Below are positions 50,457-60,804 of a stretch of DNA of 64,000 nucleotides, one piece after another. The translations under genes were made by a program, and so were the position numbers. The DNA is from Capsulimonadaceae bacterium (lineage in GTDB: Bacteria > Armatimonadota > Armatimonadia > Armatimonadales > Capsulimonadaceae), in contig OZ244065.1 of assembly GCA_965215505.1 (NCBI GenBank), positions 5,696,001 through 5,760,000 on the forward strand, read 5' to 3'. The notes below the pieces were generated by a model that made no database searches, was not told where the DNA came from, and saw only the letters and a program-made list of their open reading frames with translations. The stretch's first letter is position 1, and each line of letters begins with the position of its first letter.

Positions 50457-51149
50457 ATGCCAAGTGCCGACGTCATCACGCAGCTCGCCGCCACCGCCGC
50501 CAGGCGGCTTGGTGGCAACCTGCGCCTTCTGGCCCTCTACGGCTCTGCTGCCGACCGCCCGCAGGAGGCCCACGACCTGGACTTCCTCTTGGTCGTGGAC
50601 GCCGTCGAGAACTGCGTCACGCATGCCACCCGTGACTGCCGCGAGATCTACCCTCAAGTCCAGTTCTTCGTCCTGTCCGCCGCCGAGTACGCCGTCCTGC
50701 CCGGCTTCTACCGGTTCCAGCTCGCCTTCGCCCACAAGCTGAACGGCGACCTCTCACTGCCCGTCCCGACGCGCGAGGACGCCGTGGACTCGATTACGCA
50801 CGGCTACACGGACACCCTCCGCACTTTGCGCCAGCAGTTCAAGCGGCGCGAGTGGGCGATGGCCGACGACTGGGCGCGTCAGGTCTGGTGGAATTTGAAG
50901 AGCTTCAAGTACGCGACGCTGGACGTCTGCTGGCTGCTGCGCCGGGAGCGCCCGACGGACCCCAGCCGCGCCGCCCTCATCCTAGAAGCGGAAGGGCTGT
51001 CGAAGGCGGCCCGCGCACTGACCGAGTGGCCGGAACTGGAGCCGCTCGCCCAGCGACTCAAGCGCGACCCGCTCTCCTGGGTGCTGCACTGGGAGCCGCT
51101 GATCGCCGCCGCCTACGCCGAGGTCCGGCCCTGCCTCCGCGGGAAGTAG
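50457..51149 (+). CDS. Nucleotidyltransferase domain fused to a helical C-terminal domain
   Basis: LALYGSAA...HDLDFLLVVD pol-beta-like motif. Confidence 0.7.
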   Translation: MPSADVITQLAATAARRLGGNLRLLALYGSAADRPQEAHDLDFLLVVDAVENCVTHATRDCREIYPQVQFFVLSAAEYAVLPGFYRFQLAFAHKLNGDLSLPVPTREDAVDSITHGYTDTLRTLRQQFKRREWAMADDWARQVWWNLKSFKYATLDVCWLLRRERPTDPSRAALILEAEGLSKAARALTEWPELEPLAQRLKRDPLSWVLHWEPLIAAAYAEVRPCLRGK

Positions 51150-51156
51150 AGCTTCC

Positions 51157-52704
51157 ATGCCCAGACGCCTCCTCTTCTCCCCGGAATCTGCGAACGCCCG
51201 CCGGGTCCGCCGGCGGCGCGTCCTCCTCCTCACCCTCGCCGTGCCGCCCTGCGCGCTGGGCTTGTTCTGCCTGCTGACCGCCTACAAGATTCAGGCCAGC
51301 AACCAGGCCGAGGAGCGCATGGCTGCCTTCCCGCCTCCCCGCGTCAACCAGCGCCTGCTCGTGTTCGCCCCGCACCCCGACGACGAGACGTTGGGCGCGG
51401 CGGGCCTGATGCGCCAGGCGCGGCTGCGGGGCGACGACGTGCGTGTCGTCATCCTCACGAACGGCGACGGGTTCCGGATCAGCGCGGCGCAGGAACTCCG
51501 CGAGGTCGTCGTCTCCCCCCAGGACTTTGTGCGCTATGCGTATCTGCGACAGGGGGAGGCCCGCACCGCCCTGGGAGTCCTGGGCATCCCCGCCGACCAC
51601 GTCCACTTCCTCGGCTACCCGGACCGCGGCCTGATGCCCATGTGGATCAGCCACTGGACGCCTGATTCCCCGGTCGCCTCCGCTTACACACTGGCTGACC
51701 ATAACCCGTACAGTGACGCGGCCACCCCAAATGGGCCGTACTGCGGGGCGGCACTCCTGGCCGACATCAAGCGTCAGATGCTGGCCGAACAGCCGACCGA
51801 CATCTATGTGACCCACCCGAGCGACGACCACCCGGACCACGCCGCCGCCAGCGTCTTCGTCCGCACCGCCCTGGAACAGCTCCGGGCGTCCGGCGTACCC
51901 TGGGCGAAGTCGGCCCGGCTGCACTACTACCTCGTCCACCGGGGCGACTGGCCCAACCCGCAGAGCCTCCACGAGGATGCCGCCCTGCTGCCGCCCAGCC
52001 AGATGGCCGCGCTGGACACGCGCTGGGCCGCCCTGCCCTTGACGAAACGCGACACGCAGAAGAAGTATGCCGCCATCAAGCGCTACCGTAGTCAGGTGAC
52101 CGCTTCCGGACGGTTCCTATTCTCCTTCGCCCGGCGCAATGAGCTGTTCGGGACGGTGGGGAACGATGAGGCCGCGCTCGGCCTGCCCCGCGTCCCCGAC
52201 GGCCGGTTCCACATGGACGGCGACGCCAAAGACTGGGCCGGGCTAACGCCGGTCGCGCTGGACCCCGCCGGGGATAGCGTCATGCGCGCCTTCCAGGCCG
52301 GTGGCGACGTCGTCCGCCTCTTCGCCTGCCGCGACAGCAAGTTCCTTTATGTCCGCCTGGACACCGCCCGCCCCATCTCCCCACAGGTCGCCTACACATT
52401 CACACTGCGCCCCATCGTGGTGGGCGCGGCCCAGCCAAACGCCCCTGTGCTGACGGTCGCCCCCGGTGCCGCCGGTCAGCGTCTGCCCCTGCCCGGCATT
52501 GCCGGCGGGACTTACGCCTGGCGCGGCACCCTGCTGGAAGCCGCCGTGCCGCTGGCAGACGTGAACCTCGCCCGCCCCCAGACTGGCGAAACGCTGTACG
52601 TCATGGCCCAGACGCGCTTCGCCGATATCGAGATAGACCGCACCGGCTTTCGCCCCATCGCCTGCGGCCCCGCGCCGCCCGCGCTCACGGCGCGGCGACC
52701 GTGA
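51157..52704 (+). CDS. PIG-L/LmbE family deacetylase with C-terminal beta-sandwich (CBM9-like) domain
   Basis: FAPHPDDE, LTNGD, R..EA..A, LGYPD, DHPDH, Y.SQ; N-terminal membrane anchor. Confidence 0.88.
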   Translation: MPRRLLFSPESANARRVRRRRVLLLTLAVPPCALGLFCLLTAYKIQASNQAEERMAAFPPPRVNQRLLVFAPHPDDETLGAAGLMRQARLRGDDVRVVILTNGDGFRISAAQELREVVVSPQDFVRYAYLRQGEARTALGVLGIPADHVHFLGYPDRGLMPMWISHWTPDSPVASAYTLADHNPYSDAATPNGPYCGAALLADIKRQMLAEQPTDIYVTHPSDDHPDHAAASVFVRTALEQLRASGVPWAKSARLHYYLVHRGDWPNPQSLHEDAALLPPSQMAALDTRWAALPLTKRDTQKKYAAIKRYRSQVTASGRFLFSFARRNELFGTVGNDEAALGLPRVPDGRFHMDGDAKDWAGLTPVALDPAGDSVMRAFQAGGDVVRLFACRDSKFLYVRLDTARPISPQVAYTFTLRPIVVGAAQPNAPVLTVAPGAAGQRLPLPGIAGGTYAWRGTLLEAAVPLADVNLARPQTGETLYVMAQTRFADIEIDRTGFRPIACGPAPPALTARRP

Positions 52705-54082
52705 CACTCTTGGCGATTCGCCCCCGCTCGTCCCGAACGCGGACCGTCACCGGCCCATGCCCCGGCGGGACGAACAGGCTGAACGGATGGTGCGTTTGCC
52801 GCGCCGACCCGCCCCGCGCGACTTCCAAAGTCGGGTGGAGGCTGTACGTCGAAACCGCCGCGCTCAGACTCCCCCGATAGCCGACCGGCAGGCGGCCCCC
52901 CACCGCCTGATACCGATACGGCGGTGTGTCCCCGAAGCGGCTGAGGAAGTACGGGTCCGCGAGGGCGGACCGGAATGCCGCCAGCGCCCCGCTCCTCTCC
53001 GGCAGCGAGTAGTCGTTCAGCCGCCGCCCTTCTTGCGCCAGTTCCAGGTTGTTGCGCGTGAACCAGCAGAACATCTTCAAGCGCGGGTAGCGGATCTTGA
53101 TGGCGTCCAGCAGATCGAAAATCCGGGCGGCGGCATAGTCGTCGGCGTCCCGGCCTTCCACCCGCGACCGGCGCGTGACGCCGCACTCGGTCAGGCACAA
53201 CGGCTTCCGGGCGGCGTACTTCGCGTAGAACGGCGCGATGAACGAGGCCGGGCCGTCCTGCCACGCCGGCCGACCCAGGTTGTCGTCGTAGTAGCGGACC
53301 AGGTACAGGCTGATGCCGACCCAGTCCACCACGTCGTCTCCGGGATAGTAGAGGTCCAGGTTGTAGGTCGGCACCGCCCCCGGTGCCCACACCAGGGCGA
53401 CGTTCGAGGCATACCGGTTGATGACCGTGTGGACCAGCCGGAACGCCCGCCGGTAGGCCGCCGGGTCACGCCCCCACGGCGTCCAGTTGCCGTTCATCTC
53501 CCCGCCGAAGCGCAGAAAGACCGGCACCCCGCAGTCCGCCGCGTCCCGCGCCCACTGGCCCAAATAGGCGTCATCCCGAACCGCATGGATGTTGTTCGGC
53601 TCCCACGCGATCTGAATTGCCCGACCCGCCCGCGCCTGCCGCCGCGCCCACTCGCGCGGGAACGGCGCTCCGTAGGGGCTGTAGTCGTAACACAACGCCA
53701 AGGACCTCCCGATGCGCCGTGAGAACTCGTCCGCGTCGTTCCGGCCCGCATAATCGTCCAGCGCCCCCAGATAACATCCTGCCACTGGTTCCAGTTTGGC
53801 TAGGTTTTGGGCTGAAACCGGCACACTTCCCGTCACGGCAAGCGCCACATCCGTCTTGAGCCGCAGCGCCCGCCGGTGCTGCACGTCCGCCCCCTGCGGG
53901 TCCCCGGTACGCCGCCGTATAGCCGCCTCCTGTTCATAGGCCGTCGCTGCGGCTTCGTACTGCCCCGCGCGCTCTTTAGCCTCGCCCCACGCGCGGGCGT
54001 CGGCGGCTGTGCGGAAGTGGGGGATGGATTGGGCGTGCAGGGGGAGGGCGAGTAGGAAGAGGAAGACCCCCACCCGGCGCAC
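52685..54082 (-). CDS. GH26-like glycoside hydrolase with N-terminal helical repeat
   Basis: IAWEP, FLRFGGEMNGNW..W, YYPGDDVVDWVG, LTECG; signal peptide from GTG at 54082. Confidence 0.85.
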   Translation of the reverse strand: MRRVGVFLFLLALPLHAQSIPHFRTAADARAWGEAKERAGQYEAAATAYEQEAAIRRRTGDPQGADVQHRRALRLKTDVALAVTGSVPVSAQNLAKLEPVAGCYLGALDDYAGRNDADEFSRRIGRSLALCYDYSPYGAPFPREWARRQARAGRAIQIAWEPNNIHAVRDDAYLGQWARDAADCGVPVFLRFGGEMNGNWTPWGRDPAAYRRAFRLVHTVINRYASNVALVWAPGAVPTYNLDLYYPGDDVVDWVGISLYLVRYYDDNLGRPAWQDGPASFIAPFYAKYAARKPLCLTECGVTRRSRVEGRDADDYAAARIFDLLDAIKIRYPRLKMFCWFTRNNLELAQEGRRLNDYSLPERSGALAAFRSALADPYFLSRFGDTPPYRYQAVGGRLPVGYRGSLSAAVSTYSLHPTLEVARGGSARQTHHPFSLFVPPGHGPVTVRVRDERGRIAKSVTVAAP

Positions 54083-54197
54083 GAGTGCGCCACCCTCCCC
54101 CGCAAGCGGGAGAGGGTTAAAGACCAGAGAACTCCGCTCCTTCGTATCCCTCTCCCGCTTGCGGGGGAGGGTGGCGCACTCGTGCGCCGGGTGGGGG
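54067..54197. repeat. Perfect 50-bp inverted repeat pair (CCCTCTCCC family)
   Basis: 54067-54116 is the exact reverse complement of 54148-54197; 31-bp spacer. Confidence 0.88.
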
Positions 54198-54200
54198 CCA

Positions 54201-56009
54201 TCATGCATCCCGCATCTGCCCCCGCATCTCCTCGATCATCTGGTTGGGGTCCGTCACCGGCGCGAGGCAGACCGTGCCAATGCAAACGGTCGCATAGGGC
54301 AGCCCGTCCTTGTCAGCAGGCAGCCCGCGCTTTGCCGCGGCCCCGGCGTTCAGAGTCTCCACCGTCTTGCCCGGCGCGATGTGGCCCCATGCGGCCCGCT
54401 GCAAGAGCCGCGTCCGCTCGTCGTTGCGGTCGCCGATGATCGTGACGTGCAGGCCCGGCGCGCGGGCGGCGTCCACGGCGCGGGCATAAGAGGAAGCGAA
54501 GTAGCCATAGCCACCGTACTTGTCCGCGAACAGCCTCAGCGCTCGCTCGGCGGCCTGCCGGTACTTGGCATCCTCCGTGAAGCCGGACAGGCGAATGAGG
54601 GCGAGTGCGGCGTCGGCATTGTCGCCGATCTCCTTTTTGGGCCTACCCAACTCGCCGATAGCAGATGGGTCCGGCAGGAGGTCGAAAAAGCCGCTGCTTT
54701 CTTTGTCTTCCAGGCAATCGAGGATGAAGTCAGCAGCCCACACAGCGGAATAATGGTAGTAGGTGCTGGATGTGACTTCCCACAGATCAAGGGAAGCATT
54801 GATGAGCGCTGTCTGGTCGCCTAACAAGCCAAGACTGCCATCTGCTACGCCGCCTTCAGCGAAGTGGCGGACTGCTACATGGCCTCCCTGGTCAGTATAG
54901 TTTTCGGTCATTTCCTCTGTAACAACCGTTCCTACGGCCTGCGCCGCTTCCAGTATGTCGTCCTCACCAGTGACCTTGTACCGCGCCACCAACGCCGACA
55001 CCATCAAGGCGTTCCAGCCGGTGTAGACGGTGCGGTCAATGAACGGCGTCGGCATCGTCGCCCGGACGGACAGCGGCTGGCCGTAGTACGCTGCCTCCTT
55101 GTCGGCGTCCTGGCTGCCCGCGAACGCGCCCGTCTCCGGGTCGCGCATGTCGGTCATCAGCCAGTTGTGGGCCGTCTTGACTACTTCCAGGTAGTACGGA
55201 TCGTCTAACACTTGCGAGGCCAGGGCGTACACCGAGGTCAGCTTGGCGTTGTCCTCCAGCATCTTCTCGAAGTGGGGGATAGACCAGTCGCGGGTCGTGC
55301 TGTAGCGGAAGAAGCCGCCGGCAAACCGGTCGTACATGCCGCCGTCGGCCATGCCGTGCAGGGTCTTCTCGGCGACGGCGCGGAGTTCCGGGTCTTGCGT
55401 GCGCGCGTACTCTTCCAGGGTCAGGCGCAGGGCGTCGGGGTGGGGAAACTTGGGCTGGCTCCCGAAGCCGCCGTAGGCGAAGTCGAAGTTGCGCTTGATG
55501 GCGGCGATGACGGTCGCCGTGGTGTCCGGGTCAAGGTCCGAGGCCGTCAGCGCCTCCGACTCGGCCCGCTGGGCGCGCATCTGCGCTGCCTGTTCCAAAA
55601 TGCTTTCTTTACTATCCCGGTACAGGTCGGCGATATAGTCCAGCAGGGCCACCATGCGCGGCGGCGGGACGTAGGTTTCGCCGTACAGCGTGTCGCCATC
55701 GGGGGTCAGAAAGGCGGTCGTGGGCCAGCCGCCCATGTTGTAGCGGGCGTTGATGTCCGGGCGGCGGTCGTTGTCCACTTTGATGGGGATGAAGCCGTCG
55801 AGAATGCGCTTCTGGACCTCCGGGTTGCTGTACGTCCCCGTGTGGTCCGGGTCGCCAGGAATGCCGGTGTCCATGACGTGACACCAGTGGCACCAGACCG
55901 CGCCGATGTCCAGCAGGACCGGCTTGTCCTGCGCCCTCGCCTCGGCAAAAGCCTCGTCGCCCCACTCGCGCCAAGGGATGCCGCCGTGTTCGGAATGTTG
56001 ATCGCTCAT
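54201..56009 (-). CDS. Thioredoxin-domain protein, YyaL/SSP411 (DUF255) family
   Basis: WCHWCHVM, IKVD...RPDI, GGWPTT.FLTP, GGFG..PKFP, PHFEKML.DNA. Confidence 0.92.
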   Translation of the reverse strand: MSDQHSEHGGIPWREWGDEAFAEARAQDKPVLLDIGAVWCHWCHVMDTGIPGDPDHTGTYSNPEVQKRILDGFIPIKVDNDRRPDINARYNMGGWPTTAFLTPDGDTLYGETYVPPPRMVALLDYIADLYRDSKESILEQAAQMRAQRAESEALTASDLDPDTTATVIAAIKRNFDFAYGGFGSQPKFPHPDALRLTLEEYARTQDPELRAVAEKTLHGMADGGMYDRFAGGFFRYSTTRDWSIPHFEKMLEDNAKLTSVYALASQVLDDPYYLEVVKTAHNWLMTDMRDPETGAFAGSQDADKEAAYYGQPLSVRATMPTPFIDRTVYTGWNALMVSALVARYKVTGEDDILEAAQAVGTVVTEEMTENYTDQGGHVAVRHFAEGGVADGSLGLLGDQTALINASLDLWEVTSSTYYHYSAVWAADFILDCLEDKESSGFFDLLPDPSAIGELGRPKKEIGDNADAALALIRLSGFTEDAKYRQAAERALRLFADKYGGYGYFASSYARAVDAARAPGLHVTIIGDRNDERTRLLQRAAWGHIAPGKTVETLNAGAAAKRGLPADKDGLPYATVCIGTVCLAPVTDPNQMIEEMRGQMRDA

Positions 56010-56114
56010 AGGAAGAGTTTACCCACAATGGCCCTCTTGCCGCCGCCCCGGCCCCCCGAAAATTACCGTGCCTGATGCCTGAAACGAGCGACTTTTATGT
56101 TATGCTATAAGCCT

Positions 56115-58316
56115 ATGTGCAGTGCTGCCATACTCCTTGCCGGACTCCCCCTGCTCCTGCTGTCCCTGGCCGCCTCGGCACAGGTCGCCCCGTCTCCGGG
56201 GGGCGGGGCCATTGCTACGCCGCCCGGCGCGGCGTCCCCCGTCAGCGGGGCACCGCCGCACGTCGGCGACTCGAAGCCGCAGGTGGTCCCGACGCCGCCG
56301 ACCGTCATCCAGCCCTCCGTCGCCAATGACGCCGGGAACAACGTGCTGGCGTCGTCCGTCCCCAGCCCCGCGACCCCGCCCGCCTGGGCGCGGCTGACGA
56401 CGCCCGTCACGGCCTGCGCCACGCCGCCCAAGATCGATGGGAGCCTGGACGACCCCTGCTGGAAGACGGCGACTCGAGCCAGTGGCTTCTTCCGCCTGGG
56501 CGGTACGGCCCCGATCCAGCCCGGCGACCAGACCGAGGCGTGGATCTGCACGGACGCGACCCACCTGTACCTCGCCTTCCACTGCCTGGACAGCCGTCCC
56601 GAGCTGATCCACACGAACCAGATCCAGCGCGACGGCGGCATCGGCGAGGACGACTATGTTTCGGTGGACGTTGACAGCCAGAACAACCACCACGGGTACT
56701 CCACCTTCAGCGTCACGGCGCGCGGGACTCAGGCGGAGAACTTCGAGGGCGGCACCGCCGACAATATCACCTGGGCGGGCGACTGGAAGGCGGCCACACG
56801 GCGTACCAAAGACGGCTGGACGGCGGAGATGTCCATCCCGTTCGCCCTGCTGCGTTATCCGAAGGGGACCGCGGCGTTCGGCCTGAACCTGTCCCGGAAG
56901 CTGTCACGCGAGCCTTCGGTCGAGAACTGGCCCTACCTGCCCCCGGACGGCAGCAACAACGAGGCGCTCTACATCCATGAGTTCACGGGCATCCACCCGC
57001 CGTTCTTCACGCCGCGCCCCATCTTCCTGCCCTACACCCTGTTTACGGGCGGGACCGGCAACTCCGGGCGCATCGGCCTGGACATCAAATACCCGCTGTC
57101 CACGACCCTGACCGGCGTGGCGACGATCAAGCCGGACTTCCAGACCATCGAGCAGGACGTGACGGGCATCAACTTCTCCTACACCGAGAAGCTGCTGACC
57201 GACCGCCGCCCGTTCTTCGCCGAGGGGGCGGGCTATCTGCCCTACCGCGACCTGTTCTACTCGCGCCGCATCGGCGTCCTCGACGGCGGCCTGAAGGTGG
57301 CAGGCAAGCAGGGCGAGAACTCGATCGGCCTGCTCGCGACCGACACGAGCGGGGCGAACGCCGAGAACGCCGCCGTGTTCAACCTGAATCACGACCTGGG
57401 CCTGTACAGCCGGGCCACCCTCAACTTCGTCTCGGACATCGTGCCGGGGCAGCCCTCCAACCAGGTCGCGAAGCTCGAAGGCCAGTACGGCTGGCGCGTC
57501 GGCAAGGACCAGTGGAGCCTCGTCGCCAATCACACGCCGAGCTGGCAGGGCGGGCGGCAGGTGGACAGCAAGGACTATTACAGCTTCAGCACCACCGCCC
57601 TGCCGGGCCACCCGTTCTTCAGCACGGATTACCAGGACCTCGGCCCGAACTTCGTCAGCAACCTGGGCTTCGTCCCGGACGTGGACCTGAAGGGCAATTC
57701 GGTGAACGCCGAGCAGTTCAACCAGTTCGACAAGGGCGTCCTGCGGCTTTACGATGTGAGCGCCTCCGGCAGCACCTACCAGCACCACACGGGCGGCTTC
57801 TTCCAGAAGGACGTCAACGGCAACATCTACCTCGAGTCGCGCGACGGACTGAGCGTGGACTTCAACCTTGACCAGTCCCAGCGTGACGACTTCCGCGACC
57901 ACGCCAACCAGGCCCAGTTCGGCTGGGGCAAGCGCACCCTCTACCAGCGCGGCAGCATCAGCGACACCATTGGGCGGCAGGCGAGCCAGCCCTACGACTT
58001 CCTGAACTTCACGCAGGGCGTCCTCGTCTCGCGCCCCTTCTCGCTTCAGCTCAACTATAGCCGCGTGCGCCTGGGCGGCGCGCACTCGACGCAGTCCATC
58101 CTGACCGGCAACTACCTCCTGAGTGCCGAGCGCAGCCTCGGCTTCCGCATCGTCAACCAGGCCGGGGCCGATCAGGGGACGGGGCTTGGCACGGACATCT
58201 ACTTCTCCTTCGGCCAGCACGTCCGCTCCGGCTCCGACCTGTTCCTGCTCTTCGGGGACCCGAACAGCCCGACGACGCGCGGCAAGGTCACGCTCAAGAT
58301 CATCCGGCCGTTCTGA
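56115..58316 (+). CDS. CBM9-like plus DUF5916-type outer-membrane protein
   Basis: PKIDGSLDD..W, GWTAEMSIPF, KPDF..IE.D, RPFF.EG, FYSRRIG; C-terminal Phe. Confidence 0.75.
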   Translation: MCSAAILLAGLPLLLLSLAASAQVAPSPGGGAIATPPGAASPVSGAPPHVGDSKPQVVPTPPTVIQPSVANDAGNNVLASSVPSPATPPAWARLTTPVTACATPPKIDGSLDDPCWKTATRASGFFRLGGTAPIQPGDQTEAWICTDATHLYLAFHCLDSRPELIHTNQIQRDGGIGEDDYVSVDVDSQNNHHGYSTFSVTARGTQAENFEGGTADNITWAGDWKAATRRTKDGWTAEMSIPFALLRYPKGTAAFGLNLSRKLSREPSVENWPYLPPDGSNNEALYIHEFTGIHPPFFTPRPIFLPYTLFTGGTGNSGRIGLDIKYPLSTTLTGVATIKPDFQTIEQDVTGINFSYTEKLLTDRRPFFAEGAGYLPYRDLFYSRRIGVLDGGLKVAGKQGENSIGLLATDTSGANAENAAVFNLNHDLGLYSRATLNFVSDIVPGQPSNQVAKLEGQYGWRVGKDQWSLVANHTPSWQGGRQVDSKDYYSFSTTALPGHPFFSTDYQDLGPNFVSNLGFVPDVDLKGNSVNAEQFNQFDKGVLRLYDVSASGSTYQHHTGGFFQKDVNGNIYLESRDGLSVDFNLDQSQRDDFRDHANQAQFGWGKRTLYQRGSISDTIGRQASQPYDFLNFTQGVLVSRPFSLQLNYSRVRLGGAHSTQSILTGNYLLSAERSLGFRIVNQAGADQGTGLGTDIYFSFGQHVRSGSDLFLLFGDPNSPTTRGKVTLKIIRPF

Positions 58317-58350
58317 GGCCGGATCGCTTCATGAGGATAAGGAAGCTGCG

Positions 58351-59727
58351 ATGCAGAAACTAAAGGCACTTACCGCGTTATTGCTCCTTCTTGGCTGTGC
58401 CCATGTCGCGGCGTCGCCCGCCCCGTCCGACACGTCCCCGATCTCCGCCACTGTCTCTGTTGACTGGAAAGAAGCCGTCGGCACGACAACGGCGGCGACA
58501 TTCAGCGCCAACGACGAGATGTGTACGAGTCCTGCTCACGGGTCGGGGGATGCCGCCTACGCCAAGAACTTGTCCACTATCGGAATCAAATTCTTCCGGC
58601 TCCATTGCGGCAGCCTCACCGACGACTGGTCCGACCCCGTGACGCACCAATGGAACGTGAAGGCCATCACGGCGGAATACGACGCGCCCTATCTGCAAGG
58701 CGCGACCATCCTCCAGAACATCCCGTCCCCGCCGATCTGGCTCAGGAATACTGACGGGACCGTGTCCGACGTGCCCGGTTACGCCGCGTACTGCGCGCAG
58801 CTCGTCCGCATCGTCAACACTCAGCTAAAAAAGCATGTCGTCTACTGGGAGCCGATGAACGAGTGGGAAGACCGGTACAAAGGCCACTGGAACCAGGCTT
58901 TAACCGTCTACAACCAGTGCGCCGTGGCGATGAAGCACGAGGACCCGACCATCAAAGTCGGCCCGGCCCTGATATGGCCGAACCAGGGCGGCGTCATCCA
59001 GCCGCTCCTGCGCCAATGCGCCGGGAAGATAGACTTCATCGCCTACCACTCCTACTACAGCAGCGGCCCGACCGACTCCAACGATGTCCTGATGGGCAAG
59101 GCCAGCGGCATGGACCGCGACGTCACCGGTACGCGGGACTCGATCCGGCAGTACATGGCGGGCCGCACCGTCCCCATCCTGCTCGACGAATACAACCTGG
59201 ACGGCAACTGGAAAGACCCCGAAACCCGTCAGTATACCAACATTGGCGCGGTCTACTTCGCGACCACGATCAAGCACGACGCCTATGCCGGCGCGTTCGC
59301 CTGCTCGATCTGGAGCGCCAAGGAGGGCACCTACGGCATCACCGACATGGACGACCATCTTCGGCTCCCCAGCTATCTGTTCCAATGGGCCAACCACAAC
59401 CTGATCGGCTCCCTCGTCAAGACCACGTCCAGCAGCCCGATGGTGGAAGCCATGGCCGTGATCCAGCACGGCACGCCCGCTATCATGGTCATCAACAAGG
59501 CCTCGGGACTCGCGACAATCAGCCTCACTTCGAACTTAGCGCGCACGGCCGTCAGATACCGTATGCTCACGGCGGACGGGATGAGCGCCGCCCTAACGAT
59601 GCCGCCCTCCGGCCTTGCCTCCTACATCATGCCGCCCTGCTCCCTCCTTTTCCTGTCCTACCCGCCGGCTATTCGAACAGCCCCAAGGCGCGCGGTAAGG
59701 CCGCGCCTGAAATCCTCCGGCCACTAA
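58351..59727 (+). CDS. GH39-like (clan GH-A) glycoside hydrolase
   Basis: YWEPMNE acid/base, DFIAYHSY, LLDEYN nucleophile; signal peptide. Confidence 0.8.
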   Translation: MQKLKALTALLLLLGCAHVAASPAPSDTSPISATVSVDWKEAVGTTTAATFSANDEMCTSPAHGSGDAAYAKNLSTIGIKFFRLHCGSLTDDWSDPVTHQWNVKAITAEYDAPYLQGATILQNIPSPPIWLRNTDGTVSDVPGYAAYCAQLVRIVNTQLKKHVVYWEPMNEWEDRYKGHWNQALTVYNQCAVAMKHEDPTIKVGPALIWPNQGGVIQPLLRQCAGKIDFIAYHSYYSSGPTDSNDVLMGKASGMDRDVTGTRDSIRQYMAGRTVPILLDEYNLDGNWKDPETRQYTNIGAVYFATTIKHDAYAGAFACSIWSAKEGTYGITDMDDHLRLPSYLFQWANHNLIGSLVKTTSSSPMVEAMAVIQHGTPAIMVINKASGLATISLTSNLARTAVRYRMLTADGMSAALTMPPSGLASYIMPPCSLLFLSYPPAIRTAPRRAVRPRLKSSGH

Positions 59728-59742
59728 ACCGGCGCCTTGACC

Positions 59743-59771
59743 TTGACGCAACGGCCCAAAACCGGTAAGAT
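59743..59771 (+). promoter_or_regulatory. Sigma70-type promoter for the ATPase-DUF4435 pair
   Basis: TTGACG-17bp-TAAGAT, 9 nt before ATG. Confidence 0.65.
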
Positions 59772-59780
59772 GTTCGTGGC

Positions 59781-60794
59781 ATGAAAATCCAGCTTCAATC
59801 CCTGCGCGTCCTCAACTGCGGCCCCCTGCGTGACGTGTGCATCCACTTCAACACGGATGGCGACAGCCCCGTCACGGTACTGGGTGGTGCGAACGGCAGT
59901 GGTAAGACGACGGCGCTGGAGCTAATCGTCGGTTTAGCAGAAATGCTGCTTCCTCTTTCTGAACTTCCTCCCGTTCGACCGACGCTCCTGCGTGCCGAAT
60001 ATGTCCAAATGAACTGGCTCGTAGATCAAAAACCGTTCAGCCTGTTTTATGGCCGGAAGCCGGTCGGGGCTGATTTGCCCGAAGATTATTTTGGCAGGTC
60101 TGGCTTGCCTGGCGATTTTGCGGAAGAGGCAAAAGGAAACCTCGGCAGCAGAATCAGGGCACAGATACATCAACAGGAGTCGAGTTCTATAATTGATACG
60201 TTCAGCGACCCTGCTGACTACAATAGTGTTGCCACAGCAGCAGACAAGACGCTGCCTTCTATTCTGTTCTTTCCACATACCAGAATATTGCTACCAGTAC
60301 AAGGCGAACAGATATACAAAGAAGTTGTTGCCTACCAGTGGGTTTACTTCAATCAGGTTGTAGGCCAATTCCAGGGGTCGCTTGACAGCTACCTCATCTG
60401 GCTAGAGTACGTCGAGCCGAGCAGCTATGCGGCTGCTATCAGCTTCTTGAACGAACTAGACATAGATGCTAAGACCTTTGGCATAAGCCGGAGGGATTTA
60501 AAGGCAGTTGTAACGACGCGCGGTGGCAACACTCATTTTCTTGAACAGATGAGTTCGGGCGAGCAGAACCTTATTATCATGCTGCTAGAACTTCGTCGCC
60601 GGCTCATCCCCTACAGCATTGTTCTAGTCGATGAAATTGAGAACAGTCTACACCCCGCTTTTCAGCACCGCATCGTCAACAGGCTGAAACGATTGCAAGA
60701 ACTAATCCCCTTTCAACTTATCGTCACCTCGCATTCTCTCACCATTCTGGAAGCCTTCGGCCCACAGTCGGCGCGGATACTGACGCAGTTCTAA
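59781..60794 (+). CDS. ABC-type (AAA_15/AAA_21-like) ATPase, AriA-like
   Basis: GANGSGKTT, MSSGEQ, LVDEIENSLHP, VTSHS; no membrane segments; AT-richer. Confidence 0.88.
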   Translation: MKIQLQSLRVLNCGPLRDVCIHFNTDGDSPVTVLGGANGSGKTTALELIVGLAEMLLPLSELPPVRPTLLRAEYVQMNWLVDQKPFSLFYGRKPVGADLPEDYFGRSGLPGDFAEEAKGNLGSRIRAQIHQQESSSIIDTFSDPADYNSVATAADKTLPSILFFPHTRILLPVQGEQIYKEVVAYQWVYFNQVVGQFQGSLDSYLIWLEYVEPSSYAAAISFLNELDIDAKTFGISRRDLKAVVTTRGGNTHFLEQMSSGEQNLIIMLLELRRRLIPYSIVLVDEIENSLHPAFQHRIVNRLKRLQELIPFQLIVTSHSLTILEAFGPQSARILTQF

Positions 60795-60804
60795 GGAAAA
60801 CTTC

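Noticed and set aside
50311-51149. tRNA-Ser as the attachment site of an integrated element
   Set aside because: No integrase and no duplicate of the tRNA 3' end seen in the window
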